From positions 132,990,001-133,054,000 of the forward strand of contig OZ024741.1 in the NCBI GenBank assembly GCA_964016885.1: 64,000 bases of DNA. The letters run 5' to 3'. Shown here piece after piece: positions 26,401-38,412 of the stretch. The notes beneath the pieces are model-generated. The model made no database searches. It worked only from the letters and a program-made list of their open reading frames with translations, and was not told the origin of the DNA. Numbering within the stretch: the first letter of the stretch is position 1; every line of letters begins with the position of its first letter. The position numbers and the translations under genes were made by a program. This stretch comes from Eledone cirrhosa. Its lineage: Eukaryota.

Positions 26401-27740
26401 AGCATTCCACAGACACATACTCCCTTAATGTAGTTTTCAGTAAGGCTCAATGTGACAGTGTGAAACAAGACTGGCTCTTTGAATTACCAACTGAGTGGAT
26501 TGGAGCAACATGAAATAAAGTGTCTTGTTGAAGAACACAACACACTGCCAGGAATTGAACACGCAACCTTACGGATCATAAGCTGAATCCCCCTAAACAC
26601 TGAGTCATATGCCTTCACAAGCAATATTATGCTGACAGTTAAAAACCTCCACATAACTTGTGAAATTTCCACAGTGAACCAGCTACTACTACTACTAAGT
26701 ACTAAATTCATCCACTTCTTTGTGGTGACATGATAAAACCTTTCCATCTCACATGATCAAGCATTCACTGCCTCAGTTCTTTACCGGATGGTTCTGCATC
26801 TTCCTCAATGACTCACTTTAATGTCTTGAGAGGTCTGCTGTGTTTGAGTTTCACATTAGTGAGCTCCCATAGTAAAAGTTTTGTAACAAGTCCATTGCCT
26901 CTCAAGCTATGACCTGCAAGTTGAAGACACCTGCCAGCTACTTTATTTTAAAACCTTCCACATAATTTGTGAAACTTCCACAGTAAACTAACTACTCTGT
27001 TTTTAAACCTTCCACATAATTTGTGAAACTTCCACAGTGAACCAACTACTCTATTTTAAAAATCAATACTACTATTAGACATAATTTGTGAAACTGCTGA
27101 AGCGAACCAGCTGTTTTGTTTTAAAAATCAATACCATTATTCAAAGTGATTAGATTAAATGCTAGAAATTTTAGTGTGAATTTCTGTTAAATATTATATA
27201 TTTACTAGTCGTGGTTACAAAATATTTCATCTAGAATAACTGCTTTTCAATTCCCTAGAAACTTTATGGAGATAAAATGTCCAATTTTAAGTTTGAGAAG
27301 AGATTTCAGTCTGAACTATTTAACTATTGCACCATTTCCATTGCTAATATTTCCAACACTAAAGAAACAATGGAAAATGAACAACAACAAAAGTACCAAC
27401 AATTAGTTCAACATTCAATGGATTCTATTTTCAACTGACTAAAAGGATATCTACCCTTGATCATCATCATTATCATCTTTTTGACATCCATTTTTTTCAT
27501 GCTTGTGCTGATTGGATGGTTATTTTCCAATGCAGTTTCCCTCCACTTGTTGTGTTTCTCCATCATCTCCTCTGTGAGGTTCAGTATCTTGAGATCAGCT
27601 TTCATCACCTTTGCCCAGGTCTTTGGTTTTCTTCATATTGTAAAGGCAAGTGACTTAGTGGTTAAGGTTTTCAGCTCACAGTGGTATGGTTCTGAGTTAT
27701 GTCTTGAAGCAAAACACTATTTCACATTGCTTAGAGGTTA

Positions 27741-28137
27741 GGCACATCGCTTAGTGGTTAGAGCATTGGCCTTGCAATCGAAAGGTTGTGAGTTCAATTC
27801 TCAGACCGGGTGATATGTTGTTTCCTTGAGCAAGACACTTTATTTCACATTGCTCCAGTTTACTCAGCTGTAGAAATGAGATGATAGGACTGGAGTTCCT
27901 ATCATTCCACTGCAAAGTGGTCATGGAGGTGCCACGGCAAAAAAGCACCCAGCCCACACTGTAAAGTGGACGTGTAGGCTCCACAGAAAAAAAGCACCCA
28001 GCACTCACTGTAAATGAGGTTGGTGTTAGGAAGGGCATCCAGCTGTAGAAATAAAGCCAGAATCAGTTCCCGTCCCACCCTTGCAAGCATGGAAAAGCGG
28101 ATGTAAAATGATGATGATGATGATGATGATGATGATG
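27741..28137 (+). mobile_element. SINE family B, full length
   Basis: tRNA-like head, core, internal repeats and (ATG)n tail; inverted relative to the 10281-10705 copy. Confidence 0.88.
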
Positions 28138-28784
28138 CTCCGATCCACTAAACTGGCAAAAATGAATTGTGCCTTAATGAAAGAGCCAGCTCTGACATAC
28201 GCTGTTGTGGTATTGAATCTCCCTGATATCTACATTAAGAGCACATGTGTCTCAGCCATTTACACATTAATTTCACAAGCAGGCTGTCCCATTGTTCAGA
28301 CAACTGGAACACATGTCGTTGGAACCAAAGAAATTCTAATATATACCATACCAGTACAAATTCATGAATGTGTGTATGTGGTCGTTTATAATGTGCCTTT
28401 CATACAAGTTAATTTCAGGCAGAAAATTGACAGAGTCCTTTGCAACATCAGCTAGAACACTTTGTGGTATTTGTTGCATTGCTCGATAATCTGTGTTAAA
28501 ATTCCATGTCATTTTTTCAAGGTTGATAAAAAAAAATTGACTCCAGTCAAGTACTGGAGTCAATTCTTCCTCTATATCTCCTCACATCCCCTCTCTCTTT
28601 CTTTGGAAGAAATCGACTGTGTTCAGAGAGAGAGAGAGAGGCTCTGCCAGGTTTAAAATGTTCAAGACATGCTGTATGTCACTATGGTGCCCCTACAACT
28701 CCATCAGAAGTTACGGGTCCATACAAACATATACAAGTTAATAATATATTTCCAATGGGATATACTCAACTTATTTCTCTTTAG

Positions 28785-28854
28785 CCTTCATGGATCTACA
28801 ATGCTGTTGTCTCATTACCATACAGTATCACATTTATTACACATGCCTCATAGG
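28785..28854 (+). other. Candidate 70-nt exon on the plus strand
   Basis: tactcaacttatttctctttag|CCTTCA...CATAGG|gtaagt: good polypyrimidine tract and a consensus donor; no recognisable protein. Confidence 0.4.
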
Positions 28855-29567
28855 GTAAGTATATCTTTAATGAATGAGAGAAAGAAACCATTTGTTGACA
28901 ACAAATAAAAGTGGACAATTCTTTAAACATTTGCCTTTCCAACTTCCCTTGTCACAGAACCAATTATGTCACCTGGTGACTGTCCACTTTTTCTATCTCG
29001 ACAAATAACTTACCCAATTTTCTCAACTATTATCCATAGTGATCAACAGTTATTAAAGCTATTTTCTGTGTTTGAGACTCCCGCTTTCAAATTTCAAACA
29101 TTACCAGCACATGGATAATTCATGAGGTTCATTTATATTCAGTTACACTCTAGCCCCAAACACAATATGGTATGGTATGATCCTGTAACTCTTGACGGAA
29201 TTGTAGGGGCGCCATAGTGGCATAATGTAGCACCCTAAAAAAGATGGGAAGAAGTGCCAGTAGCTCCTTAGCATAATGATATTCAATGGTATTCAATAGA
29301 AAAGGAGTTCCTTTCCTTGTAGATTCCTCTGACCCCTTTTTATCCACCTCTAAGCGTAATTTACCTAATTTTCTCAACTATTATTCATAGTGATCAACAG
29401 TTATTGCAGTTATTTTCAGCATTTGGGACTCTCACATTTTTAAATTTCGAAAATTATCTACTACTTCTAAGAAGTCACCAAGAGATAATCTGTTTTTAAT
29501 GACATACTCCTCCTGGTTTATACACTCTAAAAGGATGTTATCATTTTTTTTTCCACTGATACACCAT

Positions 29568-29782
29568 TTAACCCTTTAGCATTCACATTACTCTATATAT
29601 ACTATTATATTTTCATGGTAAAGTCTTTATCTCACATAATATCGAATCTATGAGATTTTGAAAGTATTTATTTTGAGAACAATACCTTAACATCAGTTTG
29701 AGCGACCAGTTACAGCCAGTTTAAACAGAAAGAGGTAGAGAGTTCTGGCCGGTTTTAGCCGGTTTGAACATTAAAGGGTTAA
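29568..29782. mobile_element. TTAA piggyBac-like MITE, family B
   Basis: TTAACCCTTTAGCATT...ATTAAAGGGTTAA; second copy at ~58944-59170. Confidence 0.75.
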
Positions 29783-30774
29783 ACAACTTAATAAGTTCAA
29801 ATATAATTTATTCTAAGTCTTAACATCCTGAATGATTTAGCAGAAAATATTTGAAAATAAGTTTCTTAATTCAAATATGAGTAATATCATTATTAGTGGA
29901 CAGATTACTGTAGAAATTTACGGCAAACTAAAGACTTTCATCTTTAATGTGATGCAGTCATAATATTTTGTATTTTTCAAGAATGTCTTGCTAATGCGGT
30001 TTCCTGTGGTACAGGACATTAAGAGTAAAAACAATCTTTGCTAAAATGTACAACTGGTGCTTCTTATTACTACTACTGTCATTATACTAAACTATATCCC
30101 CTTATCACAATTATTCATACTGTTATCACCATTATTTATTTATTAAAATTTCATTTTTTTTTCTTTTTTGAAATATATCATTGAACATAATACAAGAAAA
30201 CCGATATTGAAATGGCTTTCAATATTGCCTTGACATTTCTGGAATCTTAATTTCCATTAATTTCTCTATTTTACTTCTCCACAAGTAGTGATGTATTTTG
30301 TTTATTTTATCTTCAATATGTTCAAATAAAGATCAACAAGCTTGTTTTGTTTTTCTTTTCTTTCTTTTTGTTTTGTTTAGTGGAGGTTTTTTTGTGTATT
30401 TTTTGTTTGTTTGTTTTTCCTGTTAATATTTTTTCTTTGTTTCTTAGCAATTTCACAGCAGCTACAGATTATTCCTTTATTACATTTTTTAAAAAAACAA
30501 CCTAATGCATACTGTTTAAAGAAAAAACAAAAGCAAAGAAAATAATGTAAGATTGGTTTCAAAAGTAGAAACAAAAAACAGAAAGACTGAAAATATTTAG
30601 ATTTTTAGCTGATTACATTGTGTTCTACATAAGGAGTTATAGAAAGTGTAACAAAATTATAGAAGAAAAATGACAAAAGTGAGTTTGATATATATATATT
30701 TTTTTTTTCTCTTCATAGATAAATAAAAATGATGCATATCAGCGAAGTTGTTTTCTGGTGTTAATAACAAAAAA

Positions 30775-30975
30775 TGATAAAAGCACCCAGTCCACTCTGT
30801 AAAGTGGTCATGCTGGTATCACGATAAAAACACCCAGTACACTCTGTAAAGTGGTAGTACTAGTGCCATAATAAAAGCACCCAGTTCACTCTGTATAGTA
30901 GTAGTACTAGTGTCATGATAAAAGCACCCAGTACACTCTGTAAAGTGGTAGTACTACTACAGTACACACTGTAAA
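30775..30975 (+). repeat. ~45-bp tandem repeat of the SINE-B internal unit
   Basis: GATAAAAGCACCCAGTACACTCTGTAAAGTGGT x4. Confidence 0.85.
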
Positions 30976-31099
30976 AATTATTCTATTGGTAAACCATTTC
31001 TCTATAAGACATAATCAAGAGATATATTTTCCCGCTCCACCATCTAATACTATTCTTCTTTAATTCCTGTTGCTCCCTATAGGTCATTGGATGATGAAA

Positions 31100-31420
31100 A
31101 TCTCTATTCTGCATAGTGACAAGCTCTGCCATGGTTCTACCCACAGGCCAGGCCCATAACTGTCATATTCTACATAGTCACAAGCTCTAGCATGGTTCTA
31201 CTCACAGGCCAAGCCCATGTCTGTCATATTCTGTTTAGTTACATGTTCTGTCATGGTTCTACTTCCAGACCAGGCCCATGTCTGTCATTTTCTACATAGT
31301 CGCAAGCTCTGTCATGGTTCTACTCTCAGGCCAGGCCCACATCTGTCACTTCCTACATAGTCACAAGCCCTGTCATGGGCTTGCTCCCAGGACAGACTAA
31401 GCCCATGCCTGTCAAGTTTT
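31100..31420. repeat. 61-bp minisatellite, ~5 units
   Basis: TGTCATATTCT...CATGGTTCTAC...CAGGCC recurs with period 61 (e.g. 31161, 31222). Confidence 0.9.
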
Positions 31421-33245
31421 CCCTGACATACCTCAACCAAGTCTTGACTCTTCTATGTTGCCTCCAATACCTTCTTCTAGCTTCTATTCAAAAATCGACC
31501 CTCTGTGGTCTCTTTGTGGATATGCATCGTTAATTCTAAGTCTAGTTTTATTTGTTTTTAAGTGAATATAAACATTGACTTATTTGGCAATAAGCTAATA
31601 GCCATGAGCCATAAACAAGAATTTACAGGATCTACAAAAACAGAATTATTTGAAGGCAGGAATGAGAAATAAAAGTAAATAGAAGCAATTATAAAATAGT
31701 AATAGTGATTGAATTTTCATTGAAACCAGATAGAAATCACGTAAATGAAGCATAAATAATCAGAGGAGACTTAGAATTTCCTAATCCCATGTGTATCTTG
31801 GAATTGTTTGTTGATTTATCCTTCTCAACAAACACTACCAACTATACTGACAGACTGACTGCCTACTGTTAGCAAGAACCAATATGATAGCTATTAAACA
31901 GGAATATAAACTATTTCAGCTTTCCTTTCCGTTTTTTTTCTTTCCAAAAGAAAAATCAATATTTTCTCACCGATATTTTCAAATAACTAAAACCACCCAA
32001 AACTAAAAACTAACTGAATGTAAAAAAAAAAAGTTTAAAAGAAGAAAAAAATAGAAAGAGAAGAAAAAAGAATCCCAACCAACCTCCTCTATAAATTCTG
32101 TTTCTAGTAAAGATAACTATCTGTTTACTAATAACAGAACATCACATTTTTGTAACAATTATATGAAAACATCATAATCCAAAATCCAGAGCCTTCTCGC
32201 TCCTGCTGGAAGAACCCCTTCCTGGTTGACCTCCACCGCTTCCTATCTCTGGCCATATTGGGCCATGTGAGACTAAGGTATCGAGTCAGATTGTCATGCC
32301 ATCTTGCTTTTGGCCACCCTCTGGTTCTTAATAGTCCACCTGTTGCCTCTGAGACAAGAAACGTGGCCAGCCGATCTATGTTTGCCCTTCTTGATGGTCT
32401 TGATTAGGTCTTTCACTCCAATCTGCTGTTGAATACATACCATCATAAATATGAGACAAATATAAGTATTGCATTCTATTTTGGAGTTATTAAATTCTAT
32501 GCTTCAATAGTTTCCTATTAAGTTTTTGTACACATGATATGGTATGGCAATGGTATGGTCCCATAACTCCTGAGGGTGTCATGGGGATGCTGTATTAACA
32601 GACGTTTCTAGAGCATTTTAAGACTGGTCTAGCCCATCCCTCCCCAGACTTGAGTACAACAGATTTCTTCTAGAAAAGGATAGAAAGTGAGAAAGAGATA
32701 TAGAGGAAGCATCAACCCCAGTACTAGACTGGTACTTTTTTTTATTGACCTCGAATGGATGAAAGATAATGTTGACCTCAACGAGATTTGAACCCAAAGA
32801 GTAGAGAGCCAGAACAAATAATGCAAAACATTCTAATGACTGCCAATTTACTGTTTTATATTATGTGTGGGTGTGTGAGTAAGGTGGTGAATTATTTATA
32901 CATATATATATATATGGAACTATTTCATTGATTTCAAAAAGGCTTTCAACAACGTCAGACAAGATGTCACCTAGAAGGTCAGGCAGTCGTTTGGGGTAGA
33001 ACCAAAACTGATAAGAGTTATCCAAAGTGTGTATCGGAGTGCAAAGGAAGTGTTGCACAGCAGAGCATCCATTGGCGACTGGTTTCATCAAGGAAGAGAT
33101 GTACAGCTAGGTAACCCAATGTCTCCGCTGATCTTCATTGTCTATCTGAAACATGTTATACAGAGGTTGCAAGAAACAACCTTTGGTGGGTCAGTAAACA
33201 GATAACACTTCAACAGCCTAAGATTTGTGAACATCAATAAACTCG

Positions 33246-33630
33246 GACTGGGTGATGTGTTGTTTCCTTGAGCAAGACACTTTATTTTACATTGCTCCAG
33301 TTTTCTCAGCTGTAGAAATGAGATGATAGGACTGGGGTCCCTATCATTCCACTGCAAAGTGGTTGTGGAGGTGCCACGGCAAAAAAAGCACCCAGCCCAC
33401 ACTGTAAAGTGGGCGTGTAGGCGCCACGGAAAAAAAAGCACCCAGCACTCACTGTAAATGAGGTTGGTGTTAGGAAGGGCATCCAGCTGTAGAAATAAAG
33501 CCAGAATCAGTTCCCGTATGAGCAAGAGAAGGTCAGCCGACCAGACACTGCCCACAACAGGACAACCCGTCTAATCTATGCTAGCGTGGAAGAACGGACG
33601 TAAAACGGTGATGACGATGATGATGATGAT
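33246..33630 (+). mobile_element. SINE family B, 5'-truncated
   Basis: Near-identical to 27800-28070, with a longer tail variant ending in (ATG)n. Confidence 0.85.
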
Positions 33631-33734
33631 ATATAGCTGTATATAACAAATGCAAAGAACACACACACATACATATGATGTGAAGAACCAAAGCTCCATC
33701 ATTCTTTTCTGTTTACATTACCAAAAAGACCTAG

Positions 33735-34190
33735 TGTGGAAATCCAGATTTCCAGACAACATGAAAAGGAACATCTTTCAAGCAACTGTTACCTCTGTTC
33801 TATTGTATGGCTGCTCAGCATGGGCTCTTACCTAAAAACTGAAAAGAAGATTAGATGGAGCCTACACTTGCATGCTAAGAGTGGCTTTGAATGTCAATTG
33901 GAGAGATTGTCTGACCAATGAGTGACTGTATGGTAATCATCAGTATCAAACATCATCAAAGAGCATAGTCGGATTCGCAGAGTATTGTTGGAGAGTAAAA
34001 GATGAAATTGTTAGTGAAGTTCTTACACAAGGAAGAGCTAGCAGAGAACGACAAACAAATACCTATATCATGCAGATTTGAGGCATCATAAATTGCAATC
34101 CCCCCAACATGCCGAATATGATAAACAATAGAATTGGATGGTGACAGAGAGTCAAGGGAATCTGTGCAAGCAGTGCAACCTATTGATTGA
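33735..34190 (+). mobile_element. RTE LINE ORF2 C-terminal relic
   Basis: Translates to VWKS...KRNIFQATVTSVLLYGCSAWALT*KLKRRLDGAYTCMLRVALNVNW, typical of the RTE post-RT region, with stops. Confidence 0.75.
33793..33858 (-). other. Candidate recursive splice site 3 (junction 33832|33831) with 39-nt RS-exon
   Basis: ccatCTAATcttcttttcagtttttag|GTAAGA, downstream donor GAG|gtaaca at 33793; a competing CAG lies 7 nt upstream. Confidence 0.35.
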
Positions 34191-34476
34191 TAGAGAACTC
34201 AAAGATCATAGCGTTCATCACTTTCTTACCCTTCTCTCACTCATATGATGATGTATTGAAAGCAGTTCACCCAAATAAGCTATTAATAATGGATAACAAA
34301 GAGTTGCCTGAGACTGAGAAAGTAACATTTACAATGATGATGTATATAATAGAAACACTAGATTAATTTCATTACATTCACACTGGTTTAACCCTTTTAA
34401 TACCAAACCACCCAAAACCACCCCTAACTCTACAATACAAAGCTGTTTCTTTTTAAATGTTTATATTAATCTAAAC

Positions 34477-34812
34477 CAAAGGTTCTCAACGAAGGGCGTC
34501 TTGGAGCTCCAGGGGGCGTTTGGGAGGCGTTTGAAGCTTTGGGGACGCTGGAAGCCCCTTTAGTTTTTTAGTTTGGTAAGTTTTCAAAAATATATAATTT
34601 GAAATAGCTTGCTTTTGTTTTGGACTGAAACTTTTTTGTATTTAATTCATACGAGTATTTTTTAAAGATTCTAACATAACTTGATTTGGCCCAGTAATCT
34701 ACTGATATCAAAATCAGGAGTATATTGAAAAATGGAAAAATAGGGTAGGGGGCGTTTCGTGATTTCGAGGGGCAAAAGAGGGCGTTTGGCCAAAATGGGT
34801 TGAGAATGTTTG
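34477..34812. mobile_element. hAT (Charlie-like) MITE with 8-bp TSD
   Basis: TIRs CAAAGGTTCTCAAC / GTTGAGAATGTTTG; TSD ATCTAAAC at 34469-34476 and 34813-34820. Confidence 0.88.
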
Positions 34813-35440
34813 ATCTAAACCAAAAGTTCTCAACAGGAGCATATGCCCCCTGGGGGGCGTTTCGGAACTCCAGGGGGCGTTAAGGGGGCGTTTGAAGCTT
34901 TGGGGGAGCGTTAGAGGCCCCTTTAATTTGGTAAGTTTTATAAGTCATATTTGTACTTCTCTTAGACAGCCAGTGTGAATGCATTTGAATGAAGAAAATG
35001 AAAATAAATAAAAGAAGCTTGTCAACGAATTCCCTAGGGAGATAAAAGAAGAACAAAAGAAATCAAAGAAAATGAAAATAAGGACGTCAACTTTTACAAC
35101 AGTTACAAGAACTTCAACAAAAATGACAACAAAAAGAAGCAATGGTGGTGAAAGGTGTGGGTGTATACATATACATACATACGAACATACACACATATGC
35201 ATACATACATACACACACACACATATATATACACCCACAGGCCGGCATTAGTGTTTGATGAGGTTGAGAAACTGGTCAGCTTTCCCTGGGTAATAAAATC
35301 TGGAGACAAAAATGTTCTCCTTACCCCAAAAAAAAAACATAAATCACGTCAACATCCTTACACACTTAAATATAAATGCATGTATATATACAAATGTATA
35401 AATGCAATACATACGTAAATGTATGTATATATGTATGTAG

Positions 35441-35476
<36 letters not shown>

Positions 35477-35478
<2 letters not shown>

Positions 35479-37829
35479 CGACGATGAATTTGTTTTGCAA
35501 GGTTTTTGATATGAAATCATGTGTCGAAACAAATATTGTTCTACTTGGGGAGGGTCATATTGTTGTAATAATATTGCCAGAATTAATAACAGAACACACT
35601 CACTGTTTGGTTGGTTTTCGCTTCTGTATCTTTTATATCAGTTAATTTATTCGGTCCTCAATGTTTACCATTGACTGACCAACGGTCAAATAATACAGAT
35701 ATAATATAGACACAAACACATATATATAGTCTAACAAAGTTCTTTCGTTGCACATCTGCAACATCGTCAGTGGTGCTATTATTATGTTCCTCCTGTTGTA
35801 TTGTATATCTATGCCATCTTTATTTAATCTGTTTATTTATTTATTTATTTTTGTCTTCTCTGCGCATGTGTTTGCGTGTGTGTATAGTGTTTGGTGCGTT
35901 TCACGTTTGGGTGACTGTTTTGGTTATTGTATTCTATCTTAGTTTACTAGTGTGTGTTTATATGTGTTTGTTGTATATATTTATTTATTTATTTATTTAT
36001 ATTTCTCTTAGGTCAGTATTGTTTGTTTGGGTGTTGTTATTCCATTCATTTTTTCTGTTTAGCTTTGGCCTTCTAAGTTCTATTTCACTTGCCTCTCTGA
36101 TTTACCTATCTGCTGGGTCATTTCTATGTTTAGATATTATTTTAATTTCTATGTTGTTTATGTTACCATCATGTTGTTGTCTGGCGTGTTCGTATAGTAC
36201 TGATCCGTTTTTTCGTACTTTTAGTTCCCCCCAGTGTTGGTCTATCCTATGCATGTTGTTGTCATGTTTCTGCAAGTACCCTCTGTACATCTTATGCTAT
36301 AGACTACGTTTCTAGTTTTACAGTTTATCTGGGGGGTTTACTTTACATATAATACATTTCCTATTAGTACAGTGGGTTTTCTTAAAAGGGTATGTTTTGC
36401 TGATCAGGGATTTTATGGTAGTTCCTGGCTTTTCTACCACCTTGTTCTTTAAGTGGGTCTTTCTCAGGGCCTTTCTACACTGGTTAGCTAATTTCCCTCC
36501 AGGCGTAGCGTCCACGAACATGACACTCTGGTATCTCTGGTTGTCATACCATGAGATGGCTTTCCCTATCTTATGTTTAGTCCTATCTAAGCTATTCCAT
36601 GATTTGCTCCTGTATAATGGGAAAATTCCTTTCATGTGGACTATGAGGGTCTTATACTTCTCTGTGGCTCCTTCGCATACTCTGATTCTGTCTCTTTGGT
36701 TGTAGCCAGAGAACTGCATGCGGTTGATGAAGCGTTGGATGTGTCTTTCCATTTCTGTTAGGTCGCACATGCGGGATACGTTCTTCATCACTCGTACCAA
36801 GTCTGCGATCAGAATATTAAACTTAGCATACTGGACATTGCTGAGTTTTTGAGTATCAGCTATTTGGAGGCCATGGGTTTAGTGTAGTGTGAGTGGAGAA
36901 TTTGGGCCCTCTTGTCCATAGTGTTAATCCAGAGTTCCGTGTCTAATACAGGTAGTCTACTGTTAGGGTGTTTGGAAGGGTAGTCGATAGTTACAGTTAT
37001 ACTCAGGTGTATGGAATTAGCTATCAGCTGGATGCTTTCCATTGTGCTACATTCTAAATCATACTTGTTAGTACTTTCTTATGGGGGTGTCCTTATTACT
37101 ATATTAATGTTGTCTACATATCGAGAGTACATGATGAGGTCTATGGAGCTCTCATCAAAGAGATCTTTGAGGCTCCTTTCCCACCATAAAAAGGTAGGCA
37201 ATGTCACCAGCTATGCTGACGCCAATGGCTGCTCCCTTATTTTGGGTGTAGATCTTCTCGTTGAATTTGAATATGTGGCCCTTTAGGGTAGTTTTAATAC
37301 TAGCCCCTATTGCATGTGCGACCATTTTTCTTACCTGATCGTTGTTTTTGGGGGTCCATATGGGTTTGGTCCACCCAATCCACCTTCCCATGGGAGTCTT
37401 TTTGCCATTGAGGCTATGGTGGGGGGGTCTACCTCTTAAGAGTCTACTGGGGCAGAAACGGCTAAGGTCATGGCTGTCTAGGTAGTCAGTGTCATGGGTA
37501 AGTCTAAGTAGGAGGCCCAGTTCGTCTGTGTCGACGTCGCAGAACTCCACCTCACTCTCACTGATCATCTCCACACATTTTTCCACAGCAGAATCAATGT
37601 TAATGGATGGGTATAGTGATACCATGTCCATACTGCCTATTATGCAGTTAGATAGGTTTTTGTTTTTGTTGCATTCAGTGATATGCAACAAAAGAACTTT
37701 GTTAGACTATATATATGTGTTTGTGTCTATATTATATCTGTATTATTTGACTGTTGGCCAGTCAATGGTAAACATTGAGGACCGAATAAATTAACTGATA
37801 TAAAAGAAACAGAAGTGAAAACCAACCAA
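35477..37829 (-). mobile_element. Penelope-like retroelement (Naiad-like), 5'-truncated, with inverted pseudo-LTRs
   Basis: RT and GIY-YIG relics; ~150-bp inverted repeats 35607-35756 / 37680-37829; 3' end abuts a (TA)n run. The clade assignment is from recalled motifs only. Confidence 0.85.
36010..37691 (-). pseudogene. Penelope-like RT + GIY-YIG endonuclease, frameshifted
   Basis: Motifs GSMDMVSLYPSI, GAAIGVSIAG, YSRYVDN, LPVLDTELW, HYTKPMAS, MQFSGY, C-x4-C-x2-C linker, NVVYSIRC...CIG*T, SVLYEHARQQH and REA...PKLNRKNEW. Confidence 0.88.
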
Positions 37830-37894
37830 CTGGGCGTAGTCCAGAGACAGAAAAAAAGTGAAGTATATATGTGTGTCTGTGTGTGTGTGTAGAA

Positions 37895-38292
37895 GAGGGG
37901 TCTCAAACTCAAGGACACAAAAGGGCCATTACGTCCTGGTGGAGAGGCACAGTTGGCCAAATGTGGTGGTGGGTCAAGATTTTCACCAGTTATAATCATT
38001 TCTACTATAGGAACAAGGCATAAAATTTGGGGTTTAGGGTTCAGTCGATTACATCGATCCTAGTACACAACTGGTACTTAATTCATTGACCCCAAAAAGA
38101 TGAAAGGCAAAGTTGAGATCGGCGGAATTTGAACTCAGAACATAAAAATGGAAGAAGTACCGTTAAGCATTTCGCCAGATGTGCTAACGATTCCACCAGC
38201 TCATCGCCTTATTTTCACCAGTTATAATGCAATATGAAATATTGGTTCTACCACGAGCCACAGAAAAGTAGTTTGCATGTTTGAGCCCCCTG
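37895..38292. mobile_element. hAT-type MITE interrupted by a SINE
   Basis: TIR-like GAGGGGTCTCAAAC / GTTTGAGCCCCCTG; no clear TSD. Confidence 0.6.
37997..38210 (-). mobile_element. SINE family A, full length, 18-bp TSD
   Basis: TSD ATTTTCACCAGTTATAAT at 37979-37996 and 38211-38228. Confidence 0.92.
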
Positions 38293-38381
38293 TTGGATAT
38301 AGATAGATACATAGATAGATAGACGTGTACCAAACACACACACATTTCTTACTCTCTCTGTCCCTCCCTCTTTCTCTCTTC

Positions 38382-38412
<31 letters not shown>

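Noticed and set aside
27741-27812. tRNA-like sequences
   Set aside because: They are SINE heads fused to core and tail, with no complete cloverleaf or Pol III terminator.
36010-36400. Selenocysteine usage in the Penelope-like endonuclease (reported for some Naiads)
   Set aside because: Cys positions are TGT/TGC and the stops are TAG/TAA decay; no SECIS recognised.
35770-36705. Hydrophobic plus-strand ORFs of 181 and 102 aa
   Set aside because: Antisense shadows of the A-rich Penelope strand.
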